Positions 1 to 9,744 of a stretch of 50,751 nt of DNA are shown here, one piece after another. Source of the DNA: Bacteroidales bacterium (lineage in GTDB: Bacteria > Bacteroidota > Bacteroidia > Bacteroidales > B18-G4); contig JAUWGC010000001.1 of NCBI GenBank assembly GCA_030606625.1, positions 1 to 50,751 on the forward strand, read 5' to 3'. Position 1 is the stretch's first letter. Each line of letters begins with the position of its first letter. The notes under the pieces were generated by a model. The model was not told the origin of the DNA. It made no database searches and saw only the letters and a list, made by a program, of their open reading frames with translations. Made by a program: the position numbers and the translations under genes.

Positions 1-1655
1 TCTTTAACAGGATCACCAATCATTTCATAAAACATCTCCAGATATGGTTTCCAGTATGGAGGAATAGTTTTCATGAAGGTGAATAAGTTGGAAACACCCA
101 CATAGTCAATAGCTGCGGCATAAAGCTCCGGTGATACAATGATACCTTGCAGTGTTGCATAGCCACCGTAACTGCCACCATATATTGCTATACGTTTGGG
201 ATCAGCAATGCCTTGCTCAATAAGCCAGTTGGTGCCATCAATAATATCATCCTGCATCGTCAGGCCCCATTGTTTGAAAGAGGCTTCCCAGAATTTCTTT
301 CCATACCCTGTTGATCCCCTGAAATTCATCTGAAATACGGCATATCCCCTGTTGGCAAGAAATTGGATCTCAGGATTGAATCCCCAACCATCACGGTGCC
401 AGGGACCACCATGAGGATTCACTACGACAGGCAGATCCCTGGCAGTTTCCATTGTATAACCAACGGGAAGTGTAAGATATCCGTTAATGGTCAGTCCGTC
501 ACGGGATTCATATTTGACAGGTATCATCCTGGCCATGTCATCTTCATCCAGCCATGGGCTGACATCAACGACCTTCTCCAGCTTATCTGAGGTTAAGTCA
601 TAAATGTAATAGGCACCCAGTGACCGGTCACTATATGTTCTGATAATAAATATATCTTCAGCCTTGTTGTAACCGGTGATTACTATTTCATAATCTCCCA
701 GATCCTGTTCCAGGCGCTCGTAGATTTTCTTGGTTTCCTCATCAAAGAAGAACATTTCCCTTTTCCATGAAGTATAGGAAGTTGATGTCAATACTTTCCT
801 TTTCCTTGAATAACGCAGTCCTCTAACATCATAATCCGGATTTTCATAAAGTTTTTCAATCTCTTTGCCGTTTACTATATCAAACACTACTATAGCAGTC
901 TTGTCCCTGTCGAGATTGGAGATCGCATATACATTCTTGTTGTCAAAAGTGAAAAATACAGGACTTACAGTTTCTTTGAAATTGGTGGTAAGAACTGGTT
1001 TGAATTCATCCTGTTCCGTTTCACGGTATAAGATCTGAGTATTGATGCCGTCGACGATAGCAGTTGCAGCACGTAATTTTCCGTCATGGTCAAAGATCCA
1101 GCTGTCAATATTGCCCGGATTTTCAGCAAGCATTTCCATTTCACCGGTTTCGATGTTAAGCCGGAAGGGGTCAAAAACATGTGGGTTGCGTTTGTTCATA
1201 CCAATGATGACATCAGAAGGAATATCAGGCAGGTCATCAAGGATCATGGTCCTGACATCTTCAAAGGGAGTGAAGCATACCAGATTACTGCCGTCAATAT
1301 TAACAGCATAGAGCCTGAAATTTTCATCTCCCCCCTGGTCCTTAAGGAAAAGTAACTGATTATTGTTTGGCCAGAAGTAGCCTGCAATGTCCCTGTCAGT
1401 TTCACTTGTAAGCCTTGTAATGGAGTCTTGACCGATCTTACGGACAAATAAATTCATCCTGTCCTGGTAAGGACCCAAAAAGGAAAAATATTTTCCGTCG
1501 GGAGAAATTTGATACCTGGTTTTATCAGGGTTCTTAAAGAAATCTTCTAGTGGATAAAGTTTCGCTTTCATTACTTTATCTTCCTGGATACATCCTCCGA
1601 TAAATAAGGATGTGCCGATCATAGAGATCAGCAGAAATGCAAAAATTTTTCTCAT
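1..1655 (-). CDS. S9 family serine peptidase (prolyl oligopeptidase / dipeptidyl-peptidase type); C-terminus cut off by the window edge
   Basis: Absent from the ORF track because it is open at position 1. My own minus-strand translation from ATG 1655-1653 gives MRKIFAFLLISMIGTSLFIGGC (signal/lipoprotein-like), then a long propeller-like N-half, then ...DPKRIAIYGGSYGGYATL (GxSxGG nucleophile elbow), ending ...PYWKPYLEMFYEMIGDPVK at position 3. The frame was checked at both ends. Confidence 0.8.
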   Translation of the reverse strand, partial: MRKIFAFLLISMIGTSLFIGGCIQEDKVMKAKLYPLEDFFKNPDKTRYQISPDGKYFSFLGPYQDRMNLFVRKIGQDSITRLTSETDRDIAGYFWPNNNQLLFLKDQGGDENFRLYAVNIDGSNLVCFTPFEDVRTMILDDLPDIPSDVIIGMNKRNPHVFDPFRLNIETGEMEMLAENPGNIDSWIFDHDGKLRAATAIVDGINTQILYRETEQDEFKPVLTTNFKETVSPVFFTFDNKNVYAISNLDRDKTAIVVFDIVNGKEIEKLYENPDYDVRGLRYSRKRKVLTSTSYTSWKREMFFFDEETKKIYERLEQDLGDYEIVITGYNKAEDIFIIRTYSDRSLGAYYIYDLTSDKLEKVVDVSPWLDEDDMARMIPVKYESRDGLTINGYLTLPVGYTMETARDLPVVVNPHGGPWHRDGWGFNPEIQFLANRGYAVFQMNFRGSTGYGKKFWEASFKQWGLTMQDDIIDGTNWLIEQGIADPKRIAIYGGSYGGYATLQGIIVSPELYAAAIDYVGVSNLFTFMKTIPPYWKPYLEMFYEMIGDPVK

Positions 1656-1847
1656 GATTGTCTGATTTGATTAATAATAATGTAATAATTTAGATTTTAT
1701 ATTTTTAATACCTTGCGGTGTTATCAAAGTATTAATCTATGGTTACAATAGAAGTGAAAATTTATAAATGTTTGTGGTGGAGATAACGAACTGTTTGTTA
1801 ATTTAGTGCAAAAATATATTAAAATTTTGAATTTTAAAGAAATATTC

Positions 1848-2729
1848 ATGACGAGATTTAAAGATTTGATATTTCCTTCTGACCGAAGTAAATCACTTGA
1901 TGATTTTAATACTTCTTATACAATTGAGTACAATTCAAAAAAAGAAGCCAGATTGGTATTGGAAGAAGGAATACAAAAGCTGACTGATATTCAGGATAAG
2001 CTTTATGCATATGATAAGTATGCATTGTTGATCATCTTTCAGGCCATGGATGCTGCAGGAAAAGATGGAACCATCAAACATGTTATGTCAGGGGTAAATC
2101 CCCAGGGATGCCAGGTTACCAGTTTCAGAAGTCCTTCGGAGGAAGAACTTGATCAAAGCTATTTATGGCGATGTATAAAAGCTTTGCCGAGGCGGGGAAA
2201 CATAGGGATATTTAACAGGTCTTATTATGAAGAATTATTGATTGTCAGAGTCCATCCTAAGATCCTGAAAAAACAGAGATTGCCTGGCATTACAGGAAAG
2301 CAGGCATTTGACAGCAAGATATGGAATGAAAGGTTTGAGGAGATTAACAATTTTGAAAAATACCTGAACAACAATGGGACCATGATACTGAAATTTTTCC
2401 TTCATGTATCAAAGGAGGAACAAAGACAACGTTTTATAAAACGTATCAATGACCCCAGGAAGAACTGGAAAATCTCGATGAGTGACTATAGAGAAAGAAA
2501 ATATTGGGATGAATATATGCAAGCTTATGAAGACATGTTATTGAGCACATCAACCCCTGATGTTCCGTGGTTTGTCATACCTGCTGATAACAAGTGGTTT
2601 ATGAGGGCGGCGGTCAGTGAGATCATAATTAAAAAGCTTGAATCTTTAGATTTACATTATCCAGAATTAACAGAAAAGAAGCTGAAGGAAATTAGAAAAA
2701 CAAAAGAATTGCTGGAAAAGGAGGAATAA
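1848..2729 (+). CDS. ppk2: Polyphosphate kinase 2 family protein (polyphosphate:nucleotide phosphotransferase)
   Basis: ORF 1806..2729. The ATG at 1848 (MTRFKDL...) is preferred over the GTG at 1806. P-loop-like IFQAMDAAGKDGTIKHV, a size of about 290 aa, and ...WFVIPADNKW are typical of PPK2. Confidence 0.8.
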   Translation: MTRFKDLIFPSDRSKSLDDFNTSYTIEYNSKKEARLVLEEGIQKLTDIQDKLYAYDKYALLIIFQAMDAAGKDGTIKHVMSGVNPQGCQVTSFRSPSEEELDQSYLWRCIKALPRRGNIGIFNRSYYEELLIVRVHPKILKKQRLPGITGKQAFDSKIWNERFEEINNFEKYLNNNGTMILKFFLHVSKEEQRQRFIKRINDPRKNWKISMSDYRERKYWDEYMQAYEDMLLSTSTPDVPWFVIPADNKWFMRAAVSEIIIKKLESLDLHYPELTEKKLKEIRKTKELLEKEE

Positions 2730-2800
2730 AATTAAGAGATTTATCGTTGGATGAGTGAAGCTTAAAACTGTTTAAATAAACGTAAAGGAGTATTATTCAA

Positions 2801-4321
2801 ATGAATATTTATACAAGGAAGAAAAGATGGAAATTGATACTGTTTGCCCTGGCAGTGGCAATTGTTACAGCCTCGTTATGGTATACGAATATTTTGGTTC
2901 GGAAAATTTCAAGGGATGAACGCAGTAATATTCAGATCTGGGCCAATGCCATTCAGCAAAAAGCTGACCTGGTTAATTATACTGATGTGTTTTTTAAACA
3001 AATTAAGGTAGAAGAGCGCAAACGGGCTGAGATCCTTGCTGACGCATATACCAATATTAAGAATGAAGATGATTTGGATTCAGAAGACCTTGATTTTTAC
3101 TTTAAGCTCATTACAGGAAATACTACTATTCCGGTTATATTGACTGATAAGTACGATACCATTACCACTGCAAGGAATGTGGATGATATCAATTTTGACG
3201 GGGTTTATAAATTACAGGGAAAGCTTAAGGAAGAATTTACTGTTTTTGAACCAATAAGACTGAATTATTATGCAGATGAATTTGTAATTCTATATTTTAA
3301 GGAATCGAAAATATTTACTGAGTTAAGACGGGTGCTTGATAATTTAATAGAATCGTTTTTCTCGGAAATAGTTCGTAATTCTGCATCTGTTCCCGTTATC
3401 ATTACTGACAGCACCATGCAAAATATTATTGAGTACGGTAACATTAGCCCTGAAAAGATAAATGATTCGGTTTATATCAGCAAAACCATTGCGGAAATGG
3501 AGGCAGAAAATGCACCTATTGAGATAGAGCTTGTCGGGCAGGGAAAAAAGTACATTTTTTACAAGGATTCAGCACTGTTGACACAATTATTTTATTATCC
3601 ATATATACAGTTTGGTATCATCGGATTGTTCCTGGTGATAGCATATTTCCTTTTCAGCACGGCCAGAAGATCGGAACAAAATCAGGTATGGGTAGGTATG
3701 TCAAAAGAAGCAGCCCATCAACTGGGAACTCCATTATCTTCAATAATGGCATGGCTTGAATTACTTAAGATAAAAGAGCTTCATAATAAGGAACTTAATG
3801 AAATTGAAAAGGATGTTAAGCGACTGGAGAACATTACGGAAAGATTTTCCAAGATCGGTTCCACACCAAAACTTGAACCGGTCAATATCGTCAGGGTGAT
3901 CAATGATGGTATGAAATATATCAAAACCAGATCTTCCAGTAAAATAAAATATATGGTTAATAAGACTGGTGAAAGTGAGATCATGGTACCTCTGAATGTA
4001 AACCTGTTTGAATGGGTCATTGAAAATATTTGTAAGAATGCAATGGATGCAATGGGGGGCGCAGGACAAATTACAGTCAATATTACCGGTGATGAGAAAT
4101 ATGTTCATATTGATTTCAGAGATACGGGAAAAGGGATTTACAAGTCTAAGTTCAAGACCATCTTTAATCCCGGATATACAAGTAAAAAGCGTGGCTGGGG
4201 ACTGGGGCTTTCATTATCAAAACGTATCATCAGGGATTATCACAAGGGGAAGATCTTTGTTAAGACCTCAACAATAGATAAGGGAACGACCATCAGGGTT
4301 TCACTGAGAAAGAAATTTTAA
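2801..4321 (+). CDS. Sensor histidine kinase (membrane-bound, no adjacent response regulator)
   Basis: 506 aa. Two TM segments flank a roughly 250-aa extracytoplasmic region. H-box SKEAAHQLGTPLSSI, N-box ENICKNAMDAM, G-boxes DTGKGI and GWGLGLS. Confidence 0.85.
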   Translation: MNIYTRKKRWKLILFALAVAIVTASLWYTNILVRKISRDERSNIQIWANAIQQKADLVNYTDVFFKQIKVEERKRAEILADAYTNIKNEDDLDSEDLDFYFKLITGNTTIPVILTDKYDTITTARNVDDINFDGVYKLQGKLKEEFTVFEPIRLNYYADEFVILYFKESKIFTELRRVLDNLIESFFSEIVRNSASVPVIITDSTMQNIIEYGNISPEKINDSVYISKTIAEMEAENAPIEIELVGQGKKYIFYKDSALLTQLFYYPYIQFGIIGLFLVIAYFLFSTARRSEQNQVWVGMSKEAAHQLGTPLSSIMAWLELLKIKELHNKELNEIEKDVKRLENITERFSKIGSTPKLEPVNIVRVINDGMKYIKTRSSSKIKYMVNKTGESEIMVPLNVNLFEWVIENICKNAMDAMGGAGQITVNITGDEKYVHIDFRDTGKGIYKSKFKTIFNPGYTSKKRGWGLGLSLSKRIIRDYHKGKIFVKTSTIDKGTTIRVSLRKKF

Positions 4322-5880
4322 AAAGGAAATTCATCAGAGGTTTCTTCCTCTATTTTCTTTGTTTCAGGCTTTTTTGCAAGAGCGTGAACCGGGTTACCTT
4401 CAACATAAATGGCTTTAGGCTCTGTAGGACAAACATATTCACAAGCACCACAACCGATGCATATCTCAGGTACTACATAAGGGATGAACAAATTTCTTCT
4501 GAAAGGCTTCATGTCTACGGCCTTTGTCGGGCAATACTCCGAACATGACCCGCAATCTGTATTATCGGTATATACAATACAATTTTTTTTAACAAATATG
4601 GCTTTGCCTAACTGTGTCAGTTGCTTTTCTTCAAGGGTCAGGGGTAGGATTGCACCGGTGGGGCAAACTTCCCCACACCTTAAGCAATCATAATTACAGT
4701 AATTGGCACTATAATCCATTTTTGGCTGGAGGATGCCTTTTAATCCGAAAGTGAGAAATGATGGTTGAATGACCTGGGTGGGGCAGACGCTTACACAAAG
4801 GTAGCAGGCAGTGCAATTCTCATTATAGTGATTAATACTTATTGAGCCCGGAGGTGTAACAGGATGCTCTTTCCGAATGGGCGTTTGCACAAAACGCCGG
4901 CGACTTCTTCTTTGTGCGTTTGTTATGCTTGAAATTCCTAAACCACTGATAAGTAAGAGGCCGGAACTGATCAGGAAATTTCTTTTGCTTAAATTGGGTG
5001 CTTCTTGTTTTTGTAATGTGTTTAAAGGTCTTTTGAAGGTAAAATGCACACCATTATGTGGGCAGGAATCCAGACAATTGAAACACCCGACACACCTGGA
5101 GAAATCTACTTTTTTATTTAAAATGTCAATACATTCTGCTTTGCAAACATTGGCGCAGATGCCACATTGATTACAGGTTGTTTGGTCCAGGGATATTTTA
5201 AAAAGTGAATATCTGGAAAGAAAACCAAGGAATGATCCCACCGGGCATAACAGGTTACAATAAAGCCTTGAAAATCTGATTGTCATCCAGGCTATCAGTA
5301 CCAGGAACAGGATAGAAAATATGAGAGAACCCGGATCAGGACTTTTGATCTCAAAAGGATACAAAGAATAATTATTAAAATTTGAAAGGAGCTGTACAGT
5401 TAAATTATTGATAAAGACGATAATAGGACGGATCAGACTACTGGTGATCTTTCCGAAGATGCTGTATGGATCAAGAAATATAAGCATGATAGTACTGCCT
5501 GCAATCAGAAACAGGATTGTTACGATCATGATTGAATACCTGGTCCAGTTAGATGCTTTACGGTAAGTATAAATGTTCTTTTTTTTAAATTTTCTTTTAA
5601 AGAAAAGAAAAACATCCTGCAGTATTCCCAGAGGACAAATTGTCGAGCAATAAACTCTTCCAAACAATAAAGTGAGAATGATAATGATAAGAAACCCGAT
5701 GATGCTAAAACTCAATAAATTGATAAATTTTACCAGGGAGGGAACAAACTGGAGATAAAGCACTGCATCGATCAGAGTAATTGAAAAAGTATTCGTGAAA
5801 TCGATGAATAGTAAAAGGGTAAGTGTAAAAAAGATTAGTGCAATAACTACTCTTATTTTCTTCAAAAAAGGAGAAAGCAT
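4318..5880 (-). CDS. Membrane-bound polyferredoxin (NapH/MauN-like 4Fe-4S binding protein)
   Basis: 520 aa. The N-terminal multi-TM region carries CSTICPLG and CNLLCPVG. Several CxxCxxCxxxCP clusters follow: CNQCGICANVC, CVGCFNCLDSCP, CTACYLCVSVCP, CLRCGEVCP, CGSCSEYCP, CIGCGACEYVCP. Confidence 0.75.
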   Translation of the reverse strand: MLSPFLKKIRVVIALIFFTLTLLLFIDFTNTFSITLIDAVLYLQFVPSLVKFINLLSFSIIGFLIIIILTLLFGRVYCSTICPLGILQDVFLFFKRKFKKKNIYTYRKASNWTRYSIMIVTILFLIAGSTIMLIFLDPYSIFGKITSSLIRPIIVFINNLTVQLLSNFNNYSLYPFEIKSPDPGSLIFSILFLVLIAWMTIRFSRLYCNLLCPVGSFLGFLSRYSLFKISLDQTTCNQCGICANVCKAECIDILNKKVDFSRCVGCFNCLDSCPHNGVHFTFKRPLNTLQKQEAPNLSKRNFLISSGLLLISGLGISSITNAQRRSRRRFVQTPIRKEHPVTPPGSISINHYNENCTACYLCVSVCPTQVIQPSFLTFGLKGILQPKMDYSANYCNYDCLRCGEVCPTGAILPLTLEEKQLTQLGKAIFVKKNCIVYTDNTDCGSCSEYCPTKAVDMKPFRRNLFIPYVVPEICIGCGACEYVCPTEPKAIYVEGNPVHALAKKPETKKIEEETSDEFPF

Positions 5881-5884
5881 CAGA

Positions 5885-6808
5885 TTAAAGTATTATTCTA
5901 TTGATGTTCAACTCAGACAAATCCATAGTTCCTATTCCCATTTCTGATGCTTTGATTATATAAGGAACCTCTTCCGGTTCAAGGCCAAAGACTTTTGCAG
6001 CAGCTGCATCTATGGCCACAATATCTGTAGATATTAATTGTGAATTAAGCTGGATCACATCGTCCACTGAAATGCCCCTTGGCCCATTTGTTTTCATTAC
6101 ATTGTAGGCATCAACAATGTTCAGGTCTGGCTGCTTTAAGGTTGAGTAATCTGCAATGCATTGATGCAAGTCATTAGCATGCCAGTATCTCCTGTCCCAC
6201 ACTGCCCCCATCAGGTTTTTCATGGCAATGGTCAGCCTGGATGAGTGGTGGCTCTTAAGTATTGGCACGTTAATGAATACATCCGAATCAAGGATCAGTT
6301 CGTGCACTTTTGCTTTTTTAAGTCTTTTTCCACCGGGAATGTCAACAGAATGATAATAGCTTTCACTGTTACCTGGAACGATTGTAGCACCCGCATCTTT
6401 CGCGGCTTTTTCAATTCCGCTGTTAGTGTAACAATTTTTCCAGTAATTACAAGTATTGTCAAATACATAAACTTCTTTGGCCCCGGCATTAAAGCAGTGT
6501 TCGACAATACGTTTGACCAGAGCAGGATTGGTATTTGCCGCCCTTTCAGGAACAGCATCCCATCCTATATTGGGTTTAACCACAACTTTTTGTCCATTGC
6601 TTACGAATTTCTGCATGCCACCGAGTGATTCAATACCTTTGTCGAACATAACCACCGGATCAGTTCCTTTTATTGCAACAAGATCATATGGCAGGTCGGG
6701 TGATGGTAAACCAGCTCCGAATAATTTTAAATACCTTCCCAACATCAAGGAAGTACCTGCAAGAACAGTTGTAACAATACTATTTTTGATGAAATCCCTG
6801 CGTTTCAT
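5885..6808 (-). CDS. Tat-exported DUF362-like protein
   Basis: 307 aa with a twin-arginine signal MKRRDFIKNSIVTTVLAGTS. The body resembles DUF362 proteins as I remember them (family call from memory only). There is a 4-nt gap to the downstream polyferredoxin gene. Confidence 0.6.
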   Translation of the reverse strand: MKRRDFIKNSIVTTVLAGTSLMLGRYLKLFGAGLPSPDLPYDLVAIKGTDPVVMFDKGIESLGGMQKFVSNGQKVVVKPNIGWDAVPERAANTNPALVKRIVEHCFNAGAKEVYVFDNTCNYWKNCYTNSGIEKAAKDAGATIVPGNSESYYHSVDIPGGKRLKKAKVHELILDSDVFINVPILKSHHSSRLTIAMKNLMGAVWDRRYWHANDLHQCIADYSTLKQPDLNIVDAYNVMKTNGPRGISVDDVIQLNSQLISTDIVAIDAAAAKVFGLEPEEVPYIIKASEMGIGTMDLSELNINRIIL

Positions 6809-6926
6809 ATTATAAATATTTATACCCGTTGGTCTAACGACCTACGTGTTTATATGATTATTACCTGTAAATTTACGTTTATTTTATCTAATTATTGTTA
6901 TCAATCTTTGAAATGAATTTAATAAC

Positions 6927-8054
6927 ATGTCCGGTATTTATATCCATATTCCATTTTGTAAGCAGAAGTGCCATTACTGCAATTTTTTTTCCGTAGCATC
7001 CAGGAAATTACAAAAAGGATTTATGGAGGCACTTATTGCTGAAATTGAATTACAGAAGGATTATCTGGGAAATGAACAGGTTGATACAATTTACATGGGT
7101 GGTGGCACTCCGTCATTACTTACAGCGGTTGAAATAAACAGAATAACAGAAAATATTTATATGCATTTTAATGTGTCGGAAGACACTGAAATCACCCTGG
7201 AAGTTAACCCGGATGATATCTCACAGGAAAAGATCGAAAAATTAAAAGAAACACCGGTAAACAGGTTTAGTATTGGTATTCAATCATTTTTCAATGAGGA
7301 CCTAAAATATCTGAACAGGCTGCATGATGCGAAACAGGCTGTGTTTTCCGTTAAAGGACTCCAGGATGCAGGTTACGAAAATATTTCAATTGATCTGATC
7401 TATGGTATTCCAACCCTTACCAAAGAAAGATGGATCAAAAACATAAGGTCATTTTTTAAGCTAAAAATCCCTCATATGTCTGCATATGCCCTGACGGTTG
7501 AATCCAAAACAGCTTTGCACTGGCTGATTGAAAAAAAGAAAGCACTGTGTCTTGATGATGAGGATATTGCACAGCAGTTCAATATTTTGTTGGACCTGAT
7601 GAATCGCAATAATTACATTCAATATGAAATATCGAATTTCAGCAAGGAGGGATTTTATTCAAAACATAACAGCCTTTATTGGCTTGGTGGGTTTTATCTT
7701 GGACTTGGACCATCAGCACATTCTTTTAACGGATATTCAAGGCAGTGGAATGCAAGTAATATCTCAAGATATATCAGTTTAATCAATTACAAAGAGATAA
7801 CATTTGAAAAAGAGATATTGTCAGAAAAGCAGCGATACAATGAATATATTATGACCTCATTGAGAACTGTTTGGGGTTGTGATCTTGAACACATTCAGAA
7901 TGTGTTTGGAAGGAAATACCGCGACTATTGCCTGCTGCAATCGGAAAAAAATATCAATGAAGGTACAATGGTGAAAAAAGGCAACAAGTTATTTCTTACA
8001 ACAGAAGGAAAGCTTTTCGCTGACGGGATAGCTTCTGGCTTGTTTAAGATATGA
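6927..8054 (+). CDS. hemW: Radical SAM heme chaperone HemW (oxygen-independent coproporphyrinogen-III oxidase-like)
   Basis: 375 aa. N-terminal radical-SAM motif CKQKCHYCNF (CxxxCxxC), then GGGTPS and a HemN-like C-terminal domain. Confidence 0.85.
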   Translation: MSGIYIHIPFCKQKCHYCNFFSVASRKLQKGFMEALIAEIELQKDYLGNEQVDTIYMGGGTPSLLTAVEINRITENIYMHFNVSEDTEITLEVNPDDISQEKIEKLKETPVNRFSIGIQSFFNEDLKYLNRLHDAKQAVFSVKGLQDAGYENISIDLIYGIPTLTKERWIKNIRSFFKLKIPHMSAYALTVESKTALHWLIEKKKALCLDDEDIAQQFNILLDLMNRNNYIQYEISNFSKEGFYSKHNSLYWLGGFYLGLGPSAHSFNGYSRQWNASNISRYISLINYKEITFEKEILSEKQRYNEYIMTSLRTVWGCDLEHIQNVFGRKYRDYCLLQSEKNINEGTMVKKGNKLFLTTEGKLFADGIASGLFKI

Positions 8055-8198
8055 ATTCCGATACGCCCGTCCATTGCTATCGGGATCTCCGCGGACTTTA
8101 TACCGCTTTAATAGTGTTTTCATATTATTACAGGCAGATGATAAATATAGCTAAAAATATGTTAATTTTACCGACATTAAAAGGTAAGGTGTTTAATT

Positions 8199-9734
8199 AT
8201 GGCCATTCTTGGTTCTATCATCAAACAAGCATATTCAATTAGAAGCATACCGATTGAAAAAAGGAAAAAATTTAATTATGTCAAAGCACAGGAAAAGGTC
8301 CTGAAAAAACTTATCAAAAAGGCTCAGAATACTGCATTTGGTGAACATTACAATTTTTCAGAAATATTAAAACAGGAAGATATTATCCGGGCTTTTCAGG
8401 AAAGGGTGCCTCTGCATGATTACAAATCCATGTTTCAGAAATGGTGGTATCGTTCATTAAACGGTGAGGCTTTCGTGTCCTGGCCAGGCAGAGTTAAATA
8501 TTTTGCTTTGACATCAGGTACTTCAGAGGCTTCCAGTAAGCACATTCCTGTGACTGGAGATATGATTCGTGCCATCAGGCGTGCCAGCGTGCGTCAACTG
8601 GTTTCAACAGCCAAATATAATTTCCCGATTGAGTTTTATCAGAAAGGTATCCTGATGATTGGAGGAAGCACTCATCTCAATTACAACGGAATGTACTATG
8701 AGGGAGACCTGTCCGGGATATCAACCGGCAATTTGCCATTTTGGTTCCAGCATTTCTACAAGCCGGGAAAACGAATATCCAAAGAGAGAAATTGGGAGAC
8801 AAAGCTGGAAGAGATTGTTAAAAAAGCAAAAGAATGGGATATAGGCATTATTGTGGGGGTACCTGCCTGGATACAGATCATAATGGAAAGGATTATTAAG
8901 CACTATAATGTAAGTACAATACACGATATCTGGCCAAACCTTTCTATATATGTGCATAGCGGAGTGGCTTTCGGACCTTATATTAAGGCTTTTGAAAAAT
9001 TGTTTGCCCACCCGATCCTTTACAGTGAATCCTATCTCGCTTCAGAAGGATACATTGCTTTCCAAAAGCTACTGGAGGATAATGTCATGCAAATGGTCAT
9101 GGACAATGGGTTGTTTTATGAATTTATCCCGTTCAACGATAGTAATTTTGATAACGAAGGTGAAATGATTGCCAATCCGGAAGTCCTGACATTGGGAGAA
9201 GTTGAGGAAAATAAGGATTACGCCTTACTTTTATCCACATGTTCGGGAGCCTGGCGATACCTTATTGGTGATACCGTTAAATTTACTTCAAAAGAGCATA
9301 ATAGCATTGTTATCACCGGAAGGACAAAACACTTTTTAAGTATCTGTGGTGAACATTTGTCACAAGAAAACATGAACAGAGCAATAAAAATGCTGCAGGA
9401 TGAATTCAATATTGAAATACGTGAGTGGACTGTTGCAGGAATCAGGTATGATTTAATGTTTGCACATAAATGGTACCTGGGAACAGATGATAAAATTGAA
9501 CCTGACATTGCCAGAAAAAAGCTGGATGAATACCTTAAAACCTTGAATGATGACTACAGGGTGGAAAGAATAGCCGCTATAAAAGACGTCTTTGTTGAGG
9601 TATTACCAACCGGTGCTTTTTCAAAATGGATGAAAATACATGGCAGGGAAGGCGGAGCGAATAAATTTCCAAGGGTACTGAAGAGTAACCAGCTTAAAGA
9701 GTGGGAAGTGTATATTAAGAATTACCTGGCATAA
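8199..9734 (+). CDS. GH3 (auxin-responsive promoter) family adenylating enzyme, bacterial type
   Basis: 511 aa. FALTSGTSEASSKHIPVT AMP-binding-like motif; the length and overall pattern fit Bacteroidota GH3-family proteins. Confidence 0.75.
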   Translation: MAILGSIIKQAYSIRSIPIEKRKKFNYVKAQEKVLKKLIKKAQNTAFGEHYNFSEILKQEDIIRAFQERVPLHDYKSMFQKWWYRSLNGEAFVSWPGRVKYFALTSGTSEASSKHIPVTGDMIRAIRRASVRQLVSTAKYNFPIEFYQKGILMIGGSTHLNYNGMYYEGDLSGISTGNLPFWFQHFYKPGKRISKERNWETKLEEIVKKAKEWDIGIIVGVPAWIQIIMERIIKHYNVSTIHDIWPNLSIYVHSGVAFGPYIKAFEKLFAHPILYSESYLASEGYIAFQKLLEDNVMQMVMDNGLFYEFIPFNDSNFDNEGEMIANPEVLTLGEVEENKDYALLLSTCSGAWRYLIGDTVKFTSKEHNSIVITGRTKHFLSICGEHLSQENMNRAIKMLQDEFNIEIREWTVAGIRYDLMFAHKWYLGTDDKIEPDIARKKLDEYLKTLNDDYRVERIAAIKDVFVEVLPTGAFSKWMKIHGREGGANKFPRVLKSNQLKEWEVYIKNYLA

Positions 9735-9744
9735 AATACAAGGT

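Noticed and set aside
1806-1847. Upstream alternative starts proposed by the ORF track: GTG 1806 for ppk2, 16119 for mrdA, TTG 23453 for the methyltransferase, 44444 for the SDR, 44447 for the beta-helix protein, and 49407 and 49654 for the small genes
   Set aside because: In each case a downstream ATG yields a canonical N-terminus, such as a signal peptide, a TM anchor or a Rossmann TGxxxGxG. The extra residues are low-complexity read-through of intergenic DNA.
8055-8100. CCGATA...TATCGG inverted repeat after hemW, considered as an intrinsic terminator
   Set aside because: It has only a 6-bp stem, a 14-nt loop and no following T tract, which is too weak to call.
8051-8242. 63-aa ORF between hemW and the GH3 gene
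   Set aside because: It overlaps both the hemW stop and the GH3 start. It has no motif and is more likely intergenic or promoter DNA.
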